NCBI GenBank assembly: GCA_964408775.1
Contig: CAYPAP010000001.1
Location: 21,404-85,403 of the forward strand
DNA: 64,000 nucleotides
Origin: an uncultured Gammaproteobacteria bacterium
GTDB lineage: Bacteria > Patescibacteriota > Patescibacteriia > Patescibacteriales > UBA12465
Direction of reading: 5' to 3'
Shown: one piece after another, positions 1 through 11,444 of the stretch
How positions within the stretch are numbered: position 1 is the first letter of the stretch
How the letters are laid out: every line of letters begins with the position of its first letter
Program-made: the position numbers and the translations under genes
The notes under the pieces: model-generated
Seen by the model: only the letters and a program-made list of their open reading frames with translations
Told to the model about the DNA's origin: nothing
The model's database searches: none

Positions 1-87
1 TTAATTTCAATTATAGAACTTTCCCAAAAAACTTGAGAGTTTCTAAAAAATCTATTAAATATTTATTTTGAAAAATACTTGTTTATT

Positions 88-441
88 TTAATCCATTTTT
101 ATCTCTAAGTCAACCCCTGCAGGCAAACTTAGACTAGTAAGATCTTCGATGGTTTTAGCGGACGGTTCAAAAATATCAATTAGCCTCTTGTGAGTTCTAA
201 TCTCATATTGGTCTCGGGCATTTTTATGAACAAAAGTAGAACGGTTGACAGTATACTTCCTTTTTTCAATTGGAAGTGGAACTGGACCAGAAATCTGAGC
301 ATCATTTCTTTGAGCTGTTTCCATTATAGTCTTAGCGGCCTGATCAATAATCTTATGATCAAAAGACTTAATTTTAATTCTAATTTTACTCTTGAAATCT
401 CCGCTATCATTCTTAACGGATTTGTTTTTACTTTCAGCCAT
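88..441 (-). CDS. rpsJ: 30S ribosomal protein S10
   Basis: KIRIKIKSFDHKIID...GPVPLP...HKNARDQYEIRTHKRLIDI motif; lies downstream of tuf. Confidence 0.98.
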   Translation of the reverse strand: MAESKNKSVKNDSGDFKSKIRIKIKSFDHKIIDQAAKTIMETAQRNDAQISGPVPLPIEKRKYTVNRSTFVHKNARDQYEIRTHKRLIDIFEPSAKTIEDLTSLSLPAGVDLEIKMD

Positions 442-494
442 ACGTTAATTGATAAAATATCTCTTAATGAGAATTAATTTTTAAATAAACATTA

Positions 495-522
495 TAAGCT
501 CGCTAATTAATTAGCGAGCTTA
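495..522. terminator. perfect 28-bp palindrome between tuf and rpsJ (hairpin/terminator-like)
   Basis: TAAGCTCGCTAATT|AATTAGCGAGCTTA, 5 nt past the tuf stop. Confidence 0.6.
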
Positions 523-527
523 AATAT

Positions 528-1715
<1,188 letters not shown>

Positions 1716-1864
1716 TTTTTTTAACTTACGACCCCTCGCTAGAGGGTTATCTGCCAAAAAGGCAACCAGCCGTTTAAATTAATTATAAATAAACTTATAA
1801 ACAACTAAAAATAGCTAAATCATTAACTATTTTTATTTTTTAATTAAACTCAATTAAAATAATC

Positions 1865-2158
1865 CTATTCTTCTGATTCCTGCTTAATCTGTGGCGGAAT
1901 TTGCCAATTATTGTTTCTAAAATTACGGTTAGAAGAATTATTTTGTTCATTGTTTTCCGTGCTTCCTATTTTATCAATTATTTTTTTTTCTGTCAAGGGC
2001 TGAACCTCTTCTTTTTTTAGGTCTTTTTCTATTAAATTCTCATACTGATCTAAGGTCATAACAACGAAGGAATTTTCGGGCTCGCTATTGTCAAAAACTA
2101 TAATTCGGTCGCCAGTTTTTTTGGATAAATTTATAACTTGTTTTAATTGCTTAGACAT
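1865..2158 (-). CDS. hypothetical protein; N-terminus resembles a Phd/YefM-like fold
   Basis: 97-aa ORF; KTGDRIIVFD...FVVMTLDQYENL pattern; extended -10 (TATGCTATAAT) near 2200-2210. Confidence 0.65.
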   Translation of the reverse strand: MSKQLKQVINLSKKTGDRIIVFDNSEPENSFVVMTLDQYENLIEKDLKKEEVQPLTEKKIIDKIGSTENNEQNNSSNRNFRNNNWQIPPQIKQESEE

Positions 2159-2228
2159 ATAAAAATAAGATTAAATTATAAATTAAAAAACGACTTTTGA
2201 TTATAGCATATTAATTTAAAAAGGCAAG

Positions 2229-3368
2229 CTAATGCACATCCAATACAAGATTTTGAAGCATCTCCTCTACAGATGGCTCAGAACCATCAACAATATAAAT
2301 ACGAGGGTCAAAAAATTGGAGTCTAGGAGTAGAAATAGTTGAATAATAATGATAAGTGCGATGTATTGTATAATTATTATCAGCTTTCCACTTAAAATCA
2401 TTAGCGGCAAAAACCTTATTACCATCAACATCATAAACACCAGAATCAACGCTCGCTACTGTGGCAGCAGTGTTATGAGGATGAGTATGGCCAACTATTA
2501 AGTACCATTTATCTTTATCAAAGTCGCTTATATTTCTATAAAAGAAATAGGGATTGGTATTTGAAGCGCCAGTAGTTAAAATAAAAACACCGGTATTAGT
2601 GCTACCCGAATAACCCCTTAAGCCAAGGTAGACTCTCCCGCTAGAATCAACCGATGTTTTTTTAAACCAAACAGAAAAACGATACATTTTTGTGCTATCA
2701 ATAGGCATGTCGGTATAAACGCTATTCCAGCCACCATCAGCGTTATTATCACCAACGGGGCGAGTTTCCCAAACAACACTTTCTTGACCAAAGGGGTTTG
2801 TTCCTAAAACCCTTTCATTTTCAGAGGTTAACCCATTTTGTGTAAAACTAAAAGAGCCTCCATATGTAGTTTTAGAAAGAGTCCCACTGCCGACTGCCCA
2901 ATTAGAGGAGTCAAATACAGGACTCGTAGGACTGCTGATGCCAGCGGGGGTAACCTTTTTTAAACCAGCTGTGTAATTTTCTACTTTTTCTGCAAGACAA
3001 AAATACATAAAATAACTATCCCCATCATCGGAGGAGGAATAGTTATAACTGCTATCCCCGCAAGTCATATCAGTATCATTAAGATTGCTTGGGACTTGCG
3101 ACATAAAAGTAACACCAGTAGAACTGCCTATTAGGGATTGGCCGGAGACTATAGAATCTGGGTAAGTGCCCTCTACCCTTTTATAATTCTCTAAAGCAAT
3201 CTGTATCTGATTAATATTATTTATTTTTTTAATTTCCCTTCCTTTTTGACGAGAATTGGATATAGATAAAAAAACCGTAGTTGCTATTAATGTTATTATA
3301 AAAATTACTCCTAAGAGTTCAATTAACGTAAAAGCCTTCCTTTGATAAAAAATCTTTTTAATACCCAT
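2229..3368 (-). CDS. type IV pilin-like protein with large C-terminal beta-rich domain
   Basis: prepilin motif KA|FTLIELL followed by hydrophobic helix; ALENY...GTYP pilin core. Confidence 0.85.
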   Translation of the reverse strand: MGIKKIFYQRKAFTLIELLGVIFIITLIATTVFLSISNSRQKGREIKKINNINQIQIALENYKRVEGTYPDSIVSGQSLIGSSTGVTFMSQVPSNLNDTDMTCGDSSYNYSSSDDGDSYFMYFCLAEKVENYTAGLKKVTPAGISSPTSPVFDSSNWAVGSGTLSKTTYGGSFSFTQNGLTSENERVLGTNPFGQESVVWETRPVGDNNADGGWNSVYTDMPIDSTKMYRFSVWFKKTSVDSSGRVYLGLRGYSGSTNTGVFILTTGASNTNPYFFYRNISDFDKDKWYLIVGHTHPHNTAATVASVDSGVYDVDGNKVFAANDFKWKADNNYTIHRTYHYYSTISTPRLQFFDPRIYIVDGSEPSVEEMLQNLVLDVH

Positions 3369-3441
3369 ATTTTTACTTATAATAAAAATATAAAACTAAT
3401 AATATAATAACATATTAGCATAAAAAAATATTTTCAACAAT

Positions 3442-3472
3442 AAAAATAAGGGGCAAGAATCCCCTTATTTTT
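3442..3472 (-). terminator. intrinsic terminator after fusA
   Basis: AAAAATAAGGGG-loop-CCCCTTATTTTT inverted repeat. Confidence 0.8.
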
Positions 3473-3489
3473 CGTACTATATTTTAAAA

Positions 3490-5571
3490 TTATTTTTTTC
3501 CGCTTTTCTCCCTAATTTGCTCTAGTATATTCCTTGGTACTTCATTGTAATGAGAAAACTCCATCACATAATTAGCTCGGCCTTGGCTCATGGAACGAAG
3601 TGAAGTAGCATAACCAAACATCTCAGCCAGTGGAACCTTGGATAAAACAACCTTAGCATTACCCCTTTCAGTCATTTCTTCAATTTGACCTCTCTTAGCA
3701 TTTAAATCACCAATAATACTGCCCATATATTCCTCGGGAGTAGTAACCTCAACTTTCATAACTGGTTCTAACATAATAGGAGTTCCCTTCTGACAAGCTT
3801 CTTTAAAGGCAAAAATAGCCGCCATTTTAAAGGCAATTTCAGAAGAATCAACCTCATGGTAAGATCCGTCATACACAGTGGTTTTAACATCCACCATTGG
3901 ATAACCAGCCAAAATACCACTTTGCATTGCCTCTTTAACTCCCTTTTCTACGGCTGGAATATATTCACGAGGGATAGCACCACCTTTAACCTCATCAACA
4001 AATTCGTAACCCTTACCAGCTTCTTGTGGCTCAACTCGTAAATAACAGTGTCCATATTGACCACGACCACCGGACTGTTTGGCATATTTATGTTCAGCTT
4101 CTGATTTTTGTTTAATAGTTTCACGATAAGAAACCTGGGGATTCCCAACATTAGCATCAACGCTAAACTCTCTTCGCATTCTATCAACGATAATATCTAA
4201 ATGTAATTCCCCCATACCTGAAATTAAAACCTGCCCAGTCTCCTCGTCACTCTCTACTCTAAAAGTAGGATCTTCTTCAGCTAGACGACTCAAGGCAATG
4301 CCCATTTTTTCTTGGTCGGCCTTGGTCTTTGGCTCTACGGCAATTTTAATAACTGGCTCTGGAAAAATAATTGATTCTAATAGTATTGGCCTTTTTTCGT
4401 CACATAAAGTATTTCCAGTAGTAGTATCTTTTAGTCCGATAACGGCAGCAATATCCCCAGCTTTAATTTCTTTAATTTCTTCACGATGGTTAGCATGCAT
4501 ACGAACTAAACGCCCCACTCTTTCTTTATTTCCAGTAGAAGAGTTAATAATATAAGAACCGGAACTTAGAACTCCGCTATATACACGGACAAAACAAAGT
4601 TTACCAACAAATGGATCAGTAGCAATTTTAAAAGCTAGACCGGCGAATGGTTCTTTTTCATCAGCCTTAATAACTGTTTTTTTGATCTCATCTTTAATAT
4701 CACTTCCTTCAATTTCAGGAACATCTAAAGGAGACGGTAAATATTCGCAAACAGCATCTAAGGCTAATTGAACTCCAATATTTTGCAAAGCTGTTCCACA
4801 CATTACCGGATAAATTTCATTAGCGATAACCCCTTTTCTTAAGGCCTTCTTTAAATCTTCTAAAGAAAGTTCTTCTCCGCCTAAATATTTTTCAGTCAAA
4901 GCATCATCAAATTCGGCTACTTTTTCCACCAAGTCAGCATAATATTTATTTAATTTTTCCTCCATATCAGCTGGAACTGGGATCTCGCTTATTTGCTCAC
5001 CAAAGCTTCCTTCAAATTTATAAGCTTTTTTTGTTAAAATATCAATTACTCCTGAAAAATTATTTTCTGACCCGATTGGTAACTGATAAGCAAAGGCCTT
5101 AGAATTTAATCTTTTCTTGATAGACTCCAAGCTCATATAAAAGTCAGCGCCAGTTTTATCCATTTTATTAATAAAACAAATTCTAGGGACTCGATATTTA
5201 TCAGCTTGACGCCAAACAGTTTCGGATTGAGGCTCTACTCCTTGAGAAGCATCAAAAACAGCAATAGCACCATCTAGAACACGGAGTGATCTTTCCACCT
5301 CTACAGTAAAATCAACGTGACCAGGAGTATCAATAATATTGATTTTGTTTTCTTTCCAATAACAAGTGGTAGCAGCTGAGGTGATAGTAATACCACGCTC
5401 TTTTTCTTGTTCCATCCAGTCCATATCGGCGGCTCCATCATGAGTTTCTCCGATCTTATGCTTTTTACCGGTGTAAAACAAAACTCGCTCAGTAAAAGTT
5501 GTTTTACCAGCGTCAATGTGGGCCATGATTCCGATGTTACGGAATTTATCTAGAGTATAATCTTGTGACAT
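3490..5571 (-). CDS. fusA: elongation factor G
   Basis: [21 protein letters not shown] motifs; full-length 693 aa. Confidence 0.99.
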   Translation of the reverse strand: MSQDYTLDKFRNIGIMAHIDAGKTTFTERVLFYTGKKHKIGETHDGAADMDWMEQEKERGITITSAATTCYWKENKINIIDTPGHVDFTVEVERSLRVLDGAIAVFDASQGVEPQSETVWRQADKYRVPRICFINKMDKTGADFYMSLESIKKRLNSKAFAYQLPIGSENNFSGVIDILTKKAYKFEGSFGEQISEIPVPADMEEKLNKYYADLVEKVAEFDDALTEKYLGGEELSLEDLKKALRKGVIANEIYPVMCGTALQNIGVQLALDAVCEYLPSPLDVPEIEGSDIKDEIKKTVIKADEKEPFAGLAFKIATDPFVGKLCFVRVYSGVLSSGSYIINSSTGNKERVGRLVRMHANHREEIKEIKAGDIAAVIGLKDTTTGNTLCDEKRPILLESIIFPEPVIKIAVEPKTKADQEKMGIALSRLAEEDPTFRVESDEETGQVLISGMGELHLDIIVDRMRREFSVDANVGNPQVSYRETIKQKSEAEHKYAKQSGGRGQYGHCYLRVEPQEAGKGYEFVDEVKGGAIPREYIPAVEKGVKEAMQSGILAGYPMVDVKTTVYDGSYHEVDSSEIAFKMAAIFAFKEACQKGTPIMLEPVMKVEVTTPEEYMGSIIGDLNAKRGQIEEMTERGNAKVVLSKVPLAEMFGYATSLRSMSQGRANYVMEFSHYNEVPRNILEQIREKSGKK

Positions 5572-5583
5572 AGTTGTTTAATA

Positions 5584-5628
5584 GAATCTTTGGGATCTTT
5601 AGAATCTTTGAGATCTTTAGGATATTTT
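5584..5628. repeat. 9-bp periodic tandem tract
   Basis: GAATCTTTG GGATCTTTA GAATCTTTG AGATCTTTA GGATATTTT. Confidence 0.75.
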
Positions 5629-5808
5629 AATTAATTTATTATTTTTATTTCTAAAAGTTTAAATTTTGTATTCCTAAAAGTTGATATTTTGTGGAAATTT
5701 TTAGGAAAAGGCGAGAAATGAAGCGAGTCTAAAAATTTCCAACCTAATTCTTAAAAGTTTAAATTTTGAGCGAAGTTTTAGGAAAAAGTGAAAAACAATT
5801 TCTAATTA

Positions 5809-5930
5809 GAAAAATTTAAATTTTAGATGAAGCTTTAGGAAGGGGCGAGAAATGAAGCGAGTCGTATTTTAATACGGCGAGCAAATTTCGATGTCCCTGA
5901 CGACAAGCTTCGCTAAAATTTAGATTTTTC
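5809..5930. repeat. palindromic intergenic element (MITE/RPE-like), with partial degenerate copies at about 5652-5795
   Basis: terminal IR GAAAAATTTAAATTTTAG / CTAAAATTTAGATTTTTC; inner GAAGCTT/AAGCTTC and CGTATT/AATACG stems; GGCGAGAAATGAAGCGAGTC occurs twice in this spacer. Confidence 0.75.
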
Positions 5931-5931
5931 C

Positions 5932-6399
5932 CTACCGGGAGAAATGGGCAAAGGCCTTGTTAGACTCCGCCATTTTATGCACAGTCTCCCTCTTTCTAAC
6001 TGCCGCACCCTCACCATTGGAAGCATCTAAAATTTCAGCGGCTAACTTTTCGGCCATTGATTTTCCCTTTCTAGCCTTAGCTGCATCAATAATCCAATGA
6101 CAACCCAAGTAAAATCTTCTCTCTCCTCTAACTTGAAAAGGAACCTGATAGTTGGCTCCACCAACTCTCTTACCACGAACCTCTAATAAAGGCGAAACCT
6201 TTTTTAGGGCTTTATTAAAAATGTGACGAGGATCATGCTTGGTCTCTTGTCTAATAATATCAAAAGCATCATAAACAATAGATTGGGCAGTTGATCTCTT
6301 GCCGTGAACCATTATATAATTTATAAACTTAGCGATATTTTTATCACCATATTTTAAATCATTTTCTATATCTCTTTTTGGAGCTTGTTTACCTCTCAT
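5932..6399 (-). CDS. rpsG: 30S ribosomal protein S7
   Basis: RVGGANYQVP and HKMAESNKAFAHF motifs. Confidence 0.99.
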   Translation of the reverse strand: MRGKQAPKRDIENDLKYGDKNIAKFINYIMVHGKRSTAQSIVYDAFDIIRQETKHDPRHIFNKALKKVSPLLEVRGKRVGGANYQVPFQVRGERRFYLGCHWIIDAAKARKGKSMAEKLAAEILDASNGEGAAVRKRETVHKMAESNKAFAHFSR

Positions 6400-6469
6400 A
6401 GTTTTTTCAAGTTACCAGCTATAGCAACTTATTATATTATTTATATTATTTGTACTGCAAATTTATTAA

Positions 6470-6889
6470 TTATTCCTTCGGTTTCTTCGCGCCATAACGA
6501 CTACGACTCTTACGACGCTTATCAACACCCTGGGCATCATAAACACCTCGAACAACCTTATATCTAACACCTGGTAAATCTTTAGTTTTTCCACCCTTAA
6601 GTAAAACAATAGAGTGTTCTTGTAAGTTATGCCCCATTCCTGGAATATAAGCAGTCACCTCCATGCCATTAGATAAACGAACACGAGCTATTTTACGCAA
6701 GGCTGAGTTTGGTTTTTTTGGAGTCATAGTGGTAACCTTAAGACAAACCCCCTGTTTAAAAGGAGCCCCTTTTTTGGTTACTTTTTTCTTACGATGCAAA
6801 GAATCTAAAGTAGTTCTAAGAGCTAAATTTTTCTTTCTCTTACTAGATGATTGACGTCCTTTTCTAACTAATTGATTGATAGTTGGCAT
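6470..6889 (-). CDS. rpsL: 30S ribosomal protein S12
   Basis: [12 protein letters not shown] start at 6889; [11 protein letters not shown]; DLPGVRY. Confidence 0.99.
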   Translation of the reverse strand: MPTINQLVRKGRQSSSKRKKNLALRTTLDSLHRKKKVTKKGAPFKQGVCLKVTTMTPKKPNSALRKIARVRLSNGMEVTAYIPGMGHNLQEHSIVLLKGGKTKDLPGVRYKVVRGVYDAQGVDKRRKSRSRYGAKKPKE

Positions 6890-7012
6890 AAATAAAAAAA
6901 TTAAATAAAAATTAAAATATAACAAAAACAACAAACCCTCCGTAAAAGGTTCTCATTTGTATATAAAATTTAACAAATTAATAAAAATAAGTCAATAACC
7001 AGAAATAAAAAA

Positions 7013-7444
7013 CTAAAATATAAAAAAAACTAAAAATAATACTAAACTAAAAAGCAACTCTTGCTTGGAATAATAAGGAATAAAACCCTTAATATTTAAC
7101 TTAGTTAAAGGATAAAAGGGCATGAAATCAGAATTATCCAGAGCGTCTAAAAGAAAATGGCCCAAATAAGCAATTGCAAAAATGATGGCAAAACGAGGAT
7201 CAAATAAATATAAAATTCCCGAGAAAAAAACTAAAGCAAAAATACCATGAAAATAACTTCGATTGCTATCCTTGTAGCTACGAGATCTTCTCCAATATTC
7301 TTTAATATTGAAAAGTCTTCTTTCTTTAATTGCTGGAAATAAATGATCGACATCAATAGCCAAAGATCCAATTAAGGCAGCAGAGTAATCCCCCGACAGC
7401 TTACCGATTATCAAACCCAAGGCCAAGTGAGTAGTAATGTACAT
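7013..7444 (-). CDS. membrane-bound metal-dependent hydrolase (YdjM-like)
   Basis: TH...DVDH...RSYFH...HFLLD metal-ligand pattern plus TM helices; likely start MYITTH. Confidence 0.75.
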   Translation of the reverse strand: MYITTHLALGLIIGKLSGDYSAALIGSLAIDVDHLFPAIKERRLFNIKEYWRRSRSYKDSNRSYFHGIFALVFFSGILYLFDPRFAIIFAIAYLGHFLLDALDNSDFMPFYPLTKLNIKGFIPYYSKQELLFSLVLFLVFFIF

Positions 7445-7458
7445 ATTCTTTAAAGCCA

Positions 7459-8145
7459 CTAAATCCCCGTTAGAAAAGACAAGGAATAAAGTATAGGATA
7501 AAATATTAATCTAAAAAATCCAAACATTATCAAAAACAAAATAATAAACAAACCGTAGCGCTCAATAGATAAAACTTTGTATTTCAATCTACCGGGCAGA
7601 AAATTAACTAGTATCTTAGACCCATCTAAGGGAGGAATCGGAATTAAATTAAATATAGCTAATAATAAATTTAAAAAACAAAAAAGAATGGCCATTAAAA
7701 AAATGACATTAACAATATTGCCAGATATAGCTGAACCAATAAATGAGAAGTCGGCCCTAAAATAGGCGGTCAATATATTGGCCTTTAAGCTGGAAGCAAC
7801 TGGCAAAAATCGAGCTAGTAATCCAAAAAAAACAGCTAAAATAATATTAGATCCGGGTCCAGCAATCGCTACTTTTAAATCTCCATATTTTTTATCCCTA
7901 ATATTAAAGGGATTATAAGGCACCGGTTTAGCCCAGGCTAGTAAAAAACTTGATCCGGACAAAACAAAAAACAGGGGCAATAAAATAGACCCGAATAAAT
8001 CAATATGCGGAATGGGATTCAGTGTTAGGCGACCCAAATCTTTGGCCGTGCTATCTCCCAACCTATTAGCCATCCAAGCGTGCCCATATTCATGAACAAT
8101 TATGGAAAATATTAAAATGGCGATCGATAAAATTATTATTGACAT
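7459..8145 (-). CDS. site-2 protease (peptidase M50)
   Basis: HEYGH, AGPGSN and FNLIPIPPLDG motifs. Confidence 0.95.
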   Translation of the reverse strand: MSIIILSIAILIFSIIVHEYGHAWMANRLGDSTAKDLGRLTLNPIPHIDLFGSILLPLFFVLSGSSFLLAWAKPVPYNPFNIRDKKYGDLKVAIAGPGSNIILAVFFGLLARFLPVASSLKANILTAYFRADFSFIGSAISGNIVNVIFLMAILFCFLNLLLAIFNLIPIPPLDGSKILVNFLPGRLKYKVLSIERYGLFIILFLIMFGFFRLIFYPILYSLSFLTGI

Positions 8146-8290
8146 AAGTAAAAATAAAAATTATCTTTAGTATAGCAAATTATTTTTTTATTGGCAAAAA
8201 TATTAAGTGAAAATACCAAGTATTGATTATTTTAAAAATTGTGCTACAATAAAACACATTAAGATAAAAATTAATTTTAAAAATAAAAAT

Positions 8291-8473
8291 ATGGGAAAAA
8301 GATGCGATGTTTGCAAACGAAGCTCAACTAAAGGGGTCAGCCGATCACACTCTAATATTAAAACTCTAAAAAGACAAGGTATAAATTTGCAAACCAAAAA
8401 CATCATGGGGATAAAAGCCAAGGTTTGCGTTAAATGCCTTAGAACCATGAAAAAGAACGAAGAGGAAAAATAA
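8291..8473 (+). CDS. rpmB: 50S ribosomal protein L28 (zinc-ribbon type)
   Basis: MGKRCDVC...SHSNIKTLKRQGINLQ...VCVKCLR; start at ATG 8291. Confidence 0.95.
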   Translation: MGKRCDVCKRSSTKGVSRSHSNIKTLKRQGINLQTKNIMGIKAKVCVKCLRTMKKNEEEK

Positions 8474-8492
8474 ATATTCAAAAAAAGAAAAT

Positions 8493-8526
8493 AAATAAAA
8501 ACGAGATGAAAATCTTGTTTTTATTT
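8493..8526. terminator. bidirectional terminator between rpmB and comEC
   Basis: AAATAAAAACGAGAT-GAAA-ATCTTGTTTTTATTT. Confidence 0.6.
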
Positions 8527-10008
8527 TTTGTATTTTTTCATTAAATAAAATAAAATTAAATAATAAATAATAGATAAATAAATTGACCAATTATTAATAT
8601 TAACAAAAGCTCCTGGAATATTATTAACAGAGCCCCCAACAAATAGAATATATTTGATAATTAAATCGATTAATGAATAAAGCAATTGCCCTAAAAATGG
8701 AATAATAGAAGATAATAAAATCGCTACAATGGAAAGAGAAATAATAAATGGCAATAACCACACCACCAATAAATTACTAATGGGAGCAATTAGGGAAAAT
8801 TGTTTAAAGCTGGAAATTAAAATTGGCCCAGCAATTAATTGAACAGAAATTGTAATACTTAAAATATCGATGATAGCCTCGTTTATCCTTATTATTTTAA
8901 AAATTCTCAAACTTAAAAACTCTTTAACTACGGGGTGTATATAAATTATTCCTAAAACTGCCAAAAAAGATAATTGAAATCCCAAATCACCAAAAAGTAA
9001 TAAGGGATTTAAAAGTAATAAAAAAATTCCGGCAAAAAATAAAACATTAACCAGGTTTCCTGCCCTGCCCATATAAACAGCCAGAAATGATAGAAATCCC
9101 ATTAATGAGGCCCGCGAAGCTGAGGCTGGCGCTCCGATTAAGATTAAATAAAAGGCTAAAAATAAAATACTACCATAAAAAGATTGTCGGCGCGATAGAC
9201 CAGAAAATAATAAAAAGCTTAAAAACAAAGAGCTTAGCAAGCTAATATGCATGCCAGAAATAGCAATAATATGACTAAGTCCGGCCCGAGAAAATTTTTC
9301 TCGTAATTCTAGGGACAGAAAAGTTTTATCCCCCAGAAGCATCGCCCTTAAAATCGCCGAAGACTCTAGGCTTAAATAAAAATCAAATTGATTGGCTACT
9401 TTGGATTTTAAATTATTAATAGCAATGAAAAAATTTTTAGCAAAAAAAGATTTTTCTGGAATGCTTATTTTTTTAATATTGGGATAATAGGATACAGCTG
9501 TTATCCCATATCTCTTTAAATAAAGTCCATAATCGAAATCTTCAATAATTCCAGGTTTCTGCCACTTCCCCGAAACTTGCAAAAAATCTCCCAAATTATA
9601 TCGCGGATATGAAACAGAGCTAACTAAGACCCCCCCTTTTAATTTAAACTTGTTATCAAGCTCATCTAGTCCATAGATTATTTTTATTTTAATTCTTTGT
9701 CTTATGTCATTTGATTCCGGCTCAGAAATAATTTGCCCAACCAAGATTAATTCTTGGTTATTATAATTTTCAATTCTTCCTAAAGTGCTTTCAGGAAATA
9801 TTAATAGATAGCGCCAAATGGCTAAAAATAAAAAGAATAAAATTATTAAAAAAATTTTCTTGAATTTTAATAATAAAAGGAGAGATGAGAAAGTAAAAAT
9901 AAAAAATAAGAAAGCGGAAAAATTTCTTAGGAAATAAAAATAATGAGCCAAAAATAAACCGACCACAAAGGATGAGGCTGATATTAACCAAAAATGTTTT
10001 TTAAACAT
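8521..10008 (-). CDS. comEC: ComEC/Rec2 competence DNA-uptake channel (no C-terminal metallo-beta-lactamase domain)
   Basis: GLSHIIAISGMH, SASRA and LGFQLSFLA motifs; N-terminal OB-like region. Confidence 0.93.
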   Translation of the reverse strand: MFKKHFWLISASSFVVGLFLAHYFYFLRNFSAFLFFIFTFSSLLLLLKFKKIFLIILFFLFLAIWRYLLIFPESTLGRIENYNNQELILVGQIISEPESNDIRQRIKIKIIYGLDELDNKFKLKGGVLVSSVSYPRYNLGDFLQVSGKWQKPGIIEDFDYGLYLKRYGITAVSYYPNIKKISIPEKSFFAKNFFIAINNLKSKVANQFDFYLSLESSAILRAMLLGDKTFLSLELREKFSRAGLSHIIAISGMHISLLSSLFLSFLLFSGLSRRQSFYGSILFLAFYLILIGAPASASRASLMGFLSFLAVYMGRAGNLVNVLFFAGIFLLLLNPLLLFGDLGFQLSFLAVLGIIYIHPVVKEFLSLRIFKIIRINEAIIDILSITISVQLIAGPILISSFKQFSLIAPISNLLVVWLLPFIISLSIVAILLSSIIPFLGQLLYSLIDLIIKYILFVGGSVNNIPGAFVNINNWSIYLSIIYYLILFYLMKKYKK

Positions 10009-10040
10009 AAAATACCAATAAATTAATATTGGTATTTTAT
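10007..10040 (-). terminator. hairpin between pilin and comEC
   Basis: ATAAAATACCAATA-loop-TATTGGTATTTTAT. Confidence 0.55.
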
Positions 10041-10115
10041 ATAAAGCGTTTTAAAGATTGTTTAAATTTTTGATAAATTATAAATATATCAATCAGAGAG
10101 GTTTAAATTAAATAA

Positions 10116-11180
10116 TTAATTTTTAATACAGCGCACAGCATAACCGCTCGCACGAGCATTAGTTCCGGCATAAGCTTCAACACCGCCAAAGAAAAAAAGA
10201 CGCGCATAACCACTTTCTATATTACTGGACCAATAATAGCCATAAAGTCCAGCATTATAAAGAGATCCACCAAAGCCACGATTTCCATTTAAGGTTAATT
10301 TTAAAGACGAGGCAAAAGCTCCAGCTGAATCACTTGAACTCCAAGTTGCCATTTCGGCAGTCCACTCTGCTTCGGTTGGTATTCTAAAGCTGTCTGGACA
10401 GGGATTATTAATTCCATCCAATCCTTGCCATAAATTATTGTTAGAAGGGTTTCGCCAATCGTAAGGATCAGCTGCGGAAATAATAAAATTAGCGTGACCC
10501 GGGGTATCGGAGGTGGCCAATGTCGCTGTCGTGGCCGAGGTTCTGATTTGATGACCATCGTCTAATCTCCCCCACTGGAAAAGGTCGCCATAAGCGTTAG
10601 TGTCAGTAGATGAAATAGCTACCTGGGAAGCTCCAAGGTTGCGATCCAACCAGCATTCGCCAGTAACAGGGTTTAATGCCGTCCCATAAGTTACAGGAGA
10701 TCCGTTATATGTAAAACTCACATTATAACCACCACATTGAGGAGTGCTTATCCCGTTAGGGCTGGCTATTTTTAATCCAGCTGATAAATCAGAAATATTA
10801 CCTCCAACACAAAAACCTATAGTATAAGTTGAGCCATCAGCAGAGGTGTAAGTATAAGCATTATCGCTCTCTTCACAATCTCCGTCTGCTGGAGTAGGGG
10901 CTAAGGGAACTCTGGCCATATAGGTTGATCCTCCGGTAGCTATAGCTGTGTCTATTTCTCCAGTTAAAGGATATACTCCGGTGTCATTATAATATAGCTC
11001 TAGTGCTGTTTGCATCTGCCTGACATCAGCGATTCTTTTGGCGTCTCGAGCATTCTTCCTGGCATTTTGTAGGGACACTACGGCCAGAGTTGATAAAATA
11101 CCTATTATGGCTATCACTACTAACAGTTCAATTAGAGTAAAAGCCGGCTTGGTGGATTTATTATTCTTTATTTTAAACAT
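10116..11180 (-). CDS. type IV pilin-like protein with C-terminal Fib_succ_major / C-type-lectin-fold domain
   Basis: PA|FTLIELLVVIAIIGIL; WLDRNLGA, GDLFQWGR, NPCP..FRIPT..EW, YYWSS, AVRCIKN. Confidence 0.9.
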   Translation of the reverse strand: MFKIKNNKSTKPAFTLIELLVVIAIIGILSTLAVVSLQNARKNARDAKRIADVRQMQTALELYYNDTGVYPLTGEIDTAIATGGSTYMARVPLAPTPADGDCEESDNAYTYTSADGSTYTIGFCVGGNISDLSAGLKIASPNGISTPQCGGYNVSFTYNGSPVTYGTALNPVTGECWLDRNLGASQVAISSTDTNAYGDLFQWGRLDDGHQIRTSATTATLATSDTPGHANFIISAADPYDWRNPSNNNLWQGLDGINNPCPDSFRIPTEAEWTAEMATWSSSDSAGAFASSLKLTLNGNRGFGGSLYNAGLYGYYWSSNIESGYARLFFFGGVEAYAGTNARASGYAVRCIKN

Positions 11181-11251
11181 ATTTTTTATTTTATTTATAT
11201 TTTTTAGAATGTTTAGGAGGTTTGAGAGAATTAGGATAATTTTTTTTCTCT

Positions 11252-11444
11252 GCCAGCGTTTAAAAATTTCAGAATAGATGAGAGCGTAAAAACCGTGTAA
11301 AATTTTATTGTTTGAGCGAAGCCGCGTGAGCGCGAAGCGCTTTTACGTGGCGAGCGAGTTTAAAATTTTACTAGGTTTTATAGCGAGCATCCTGAAATTT
11401 TTATCTGCTGGCGATTTTTGCGCCACTTTTTCTAAAAAAGTGGC
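11252..11444. repeat. nested palindromic element plus adjacent hairpin in the pilin leader
   Basis: GCCAGC/GCTGGC, TAAAAATTTCAG/CTGAAATTTTTA and GTAAAATTTTA/TAAAATTTTAC nested IRs around a GC-rich core; GCCACTTTTT/AAAAAGTGGC hairpin follows. Confidence 0.7.

Noticed and set aside
1716-1790. tRNA upstream of tuf
   Set aside because: Only two short hairpins; no cloverleaf or T-loop consensus.
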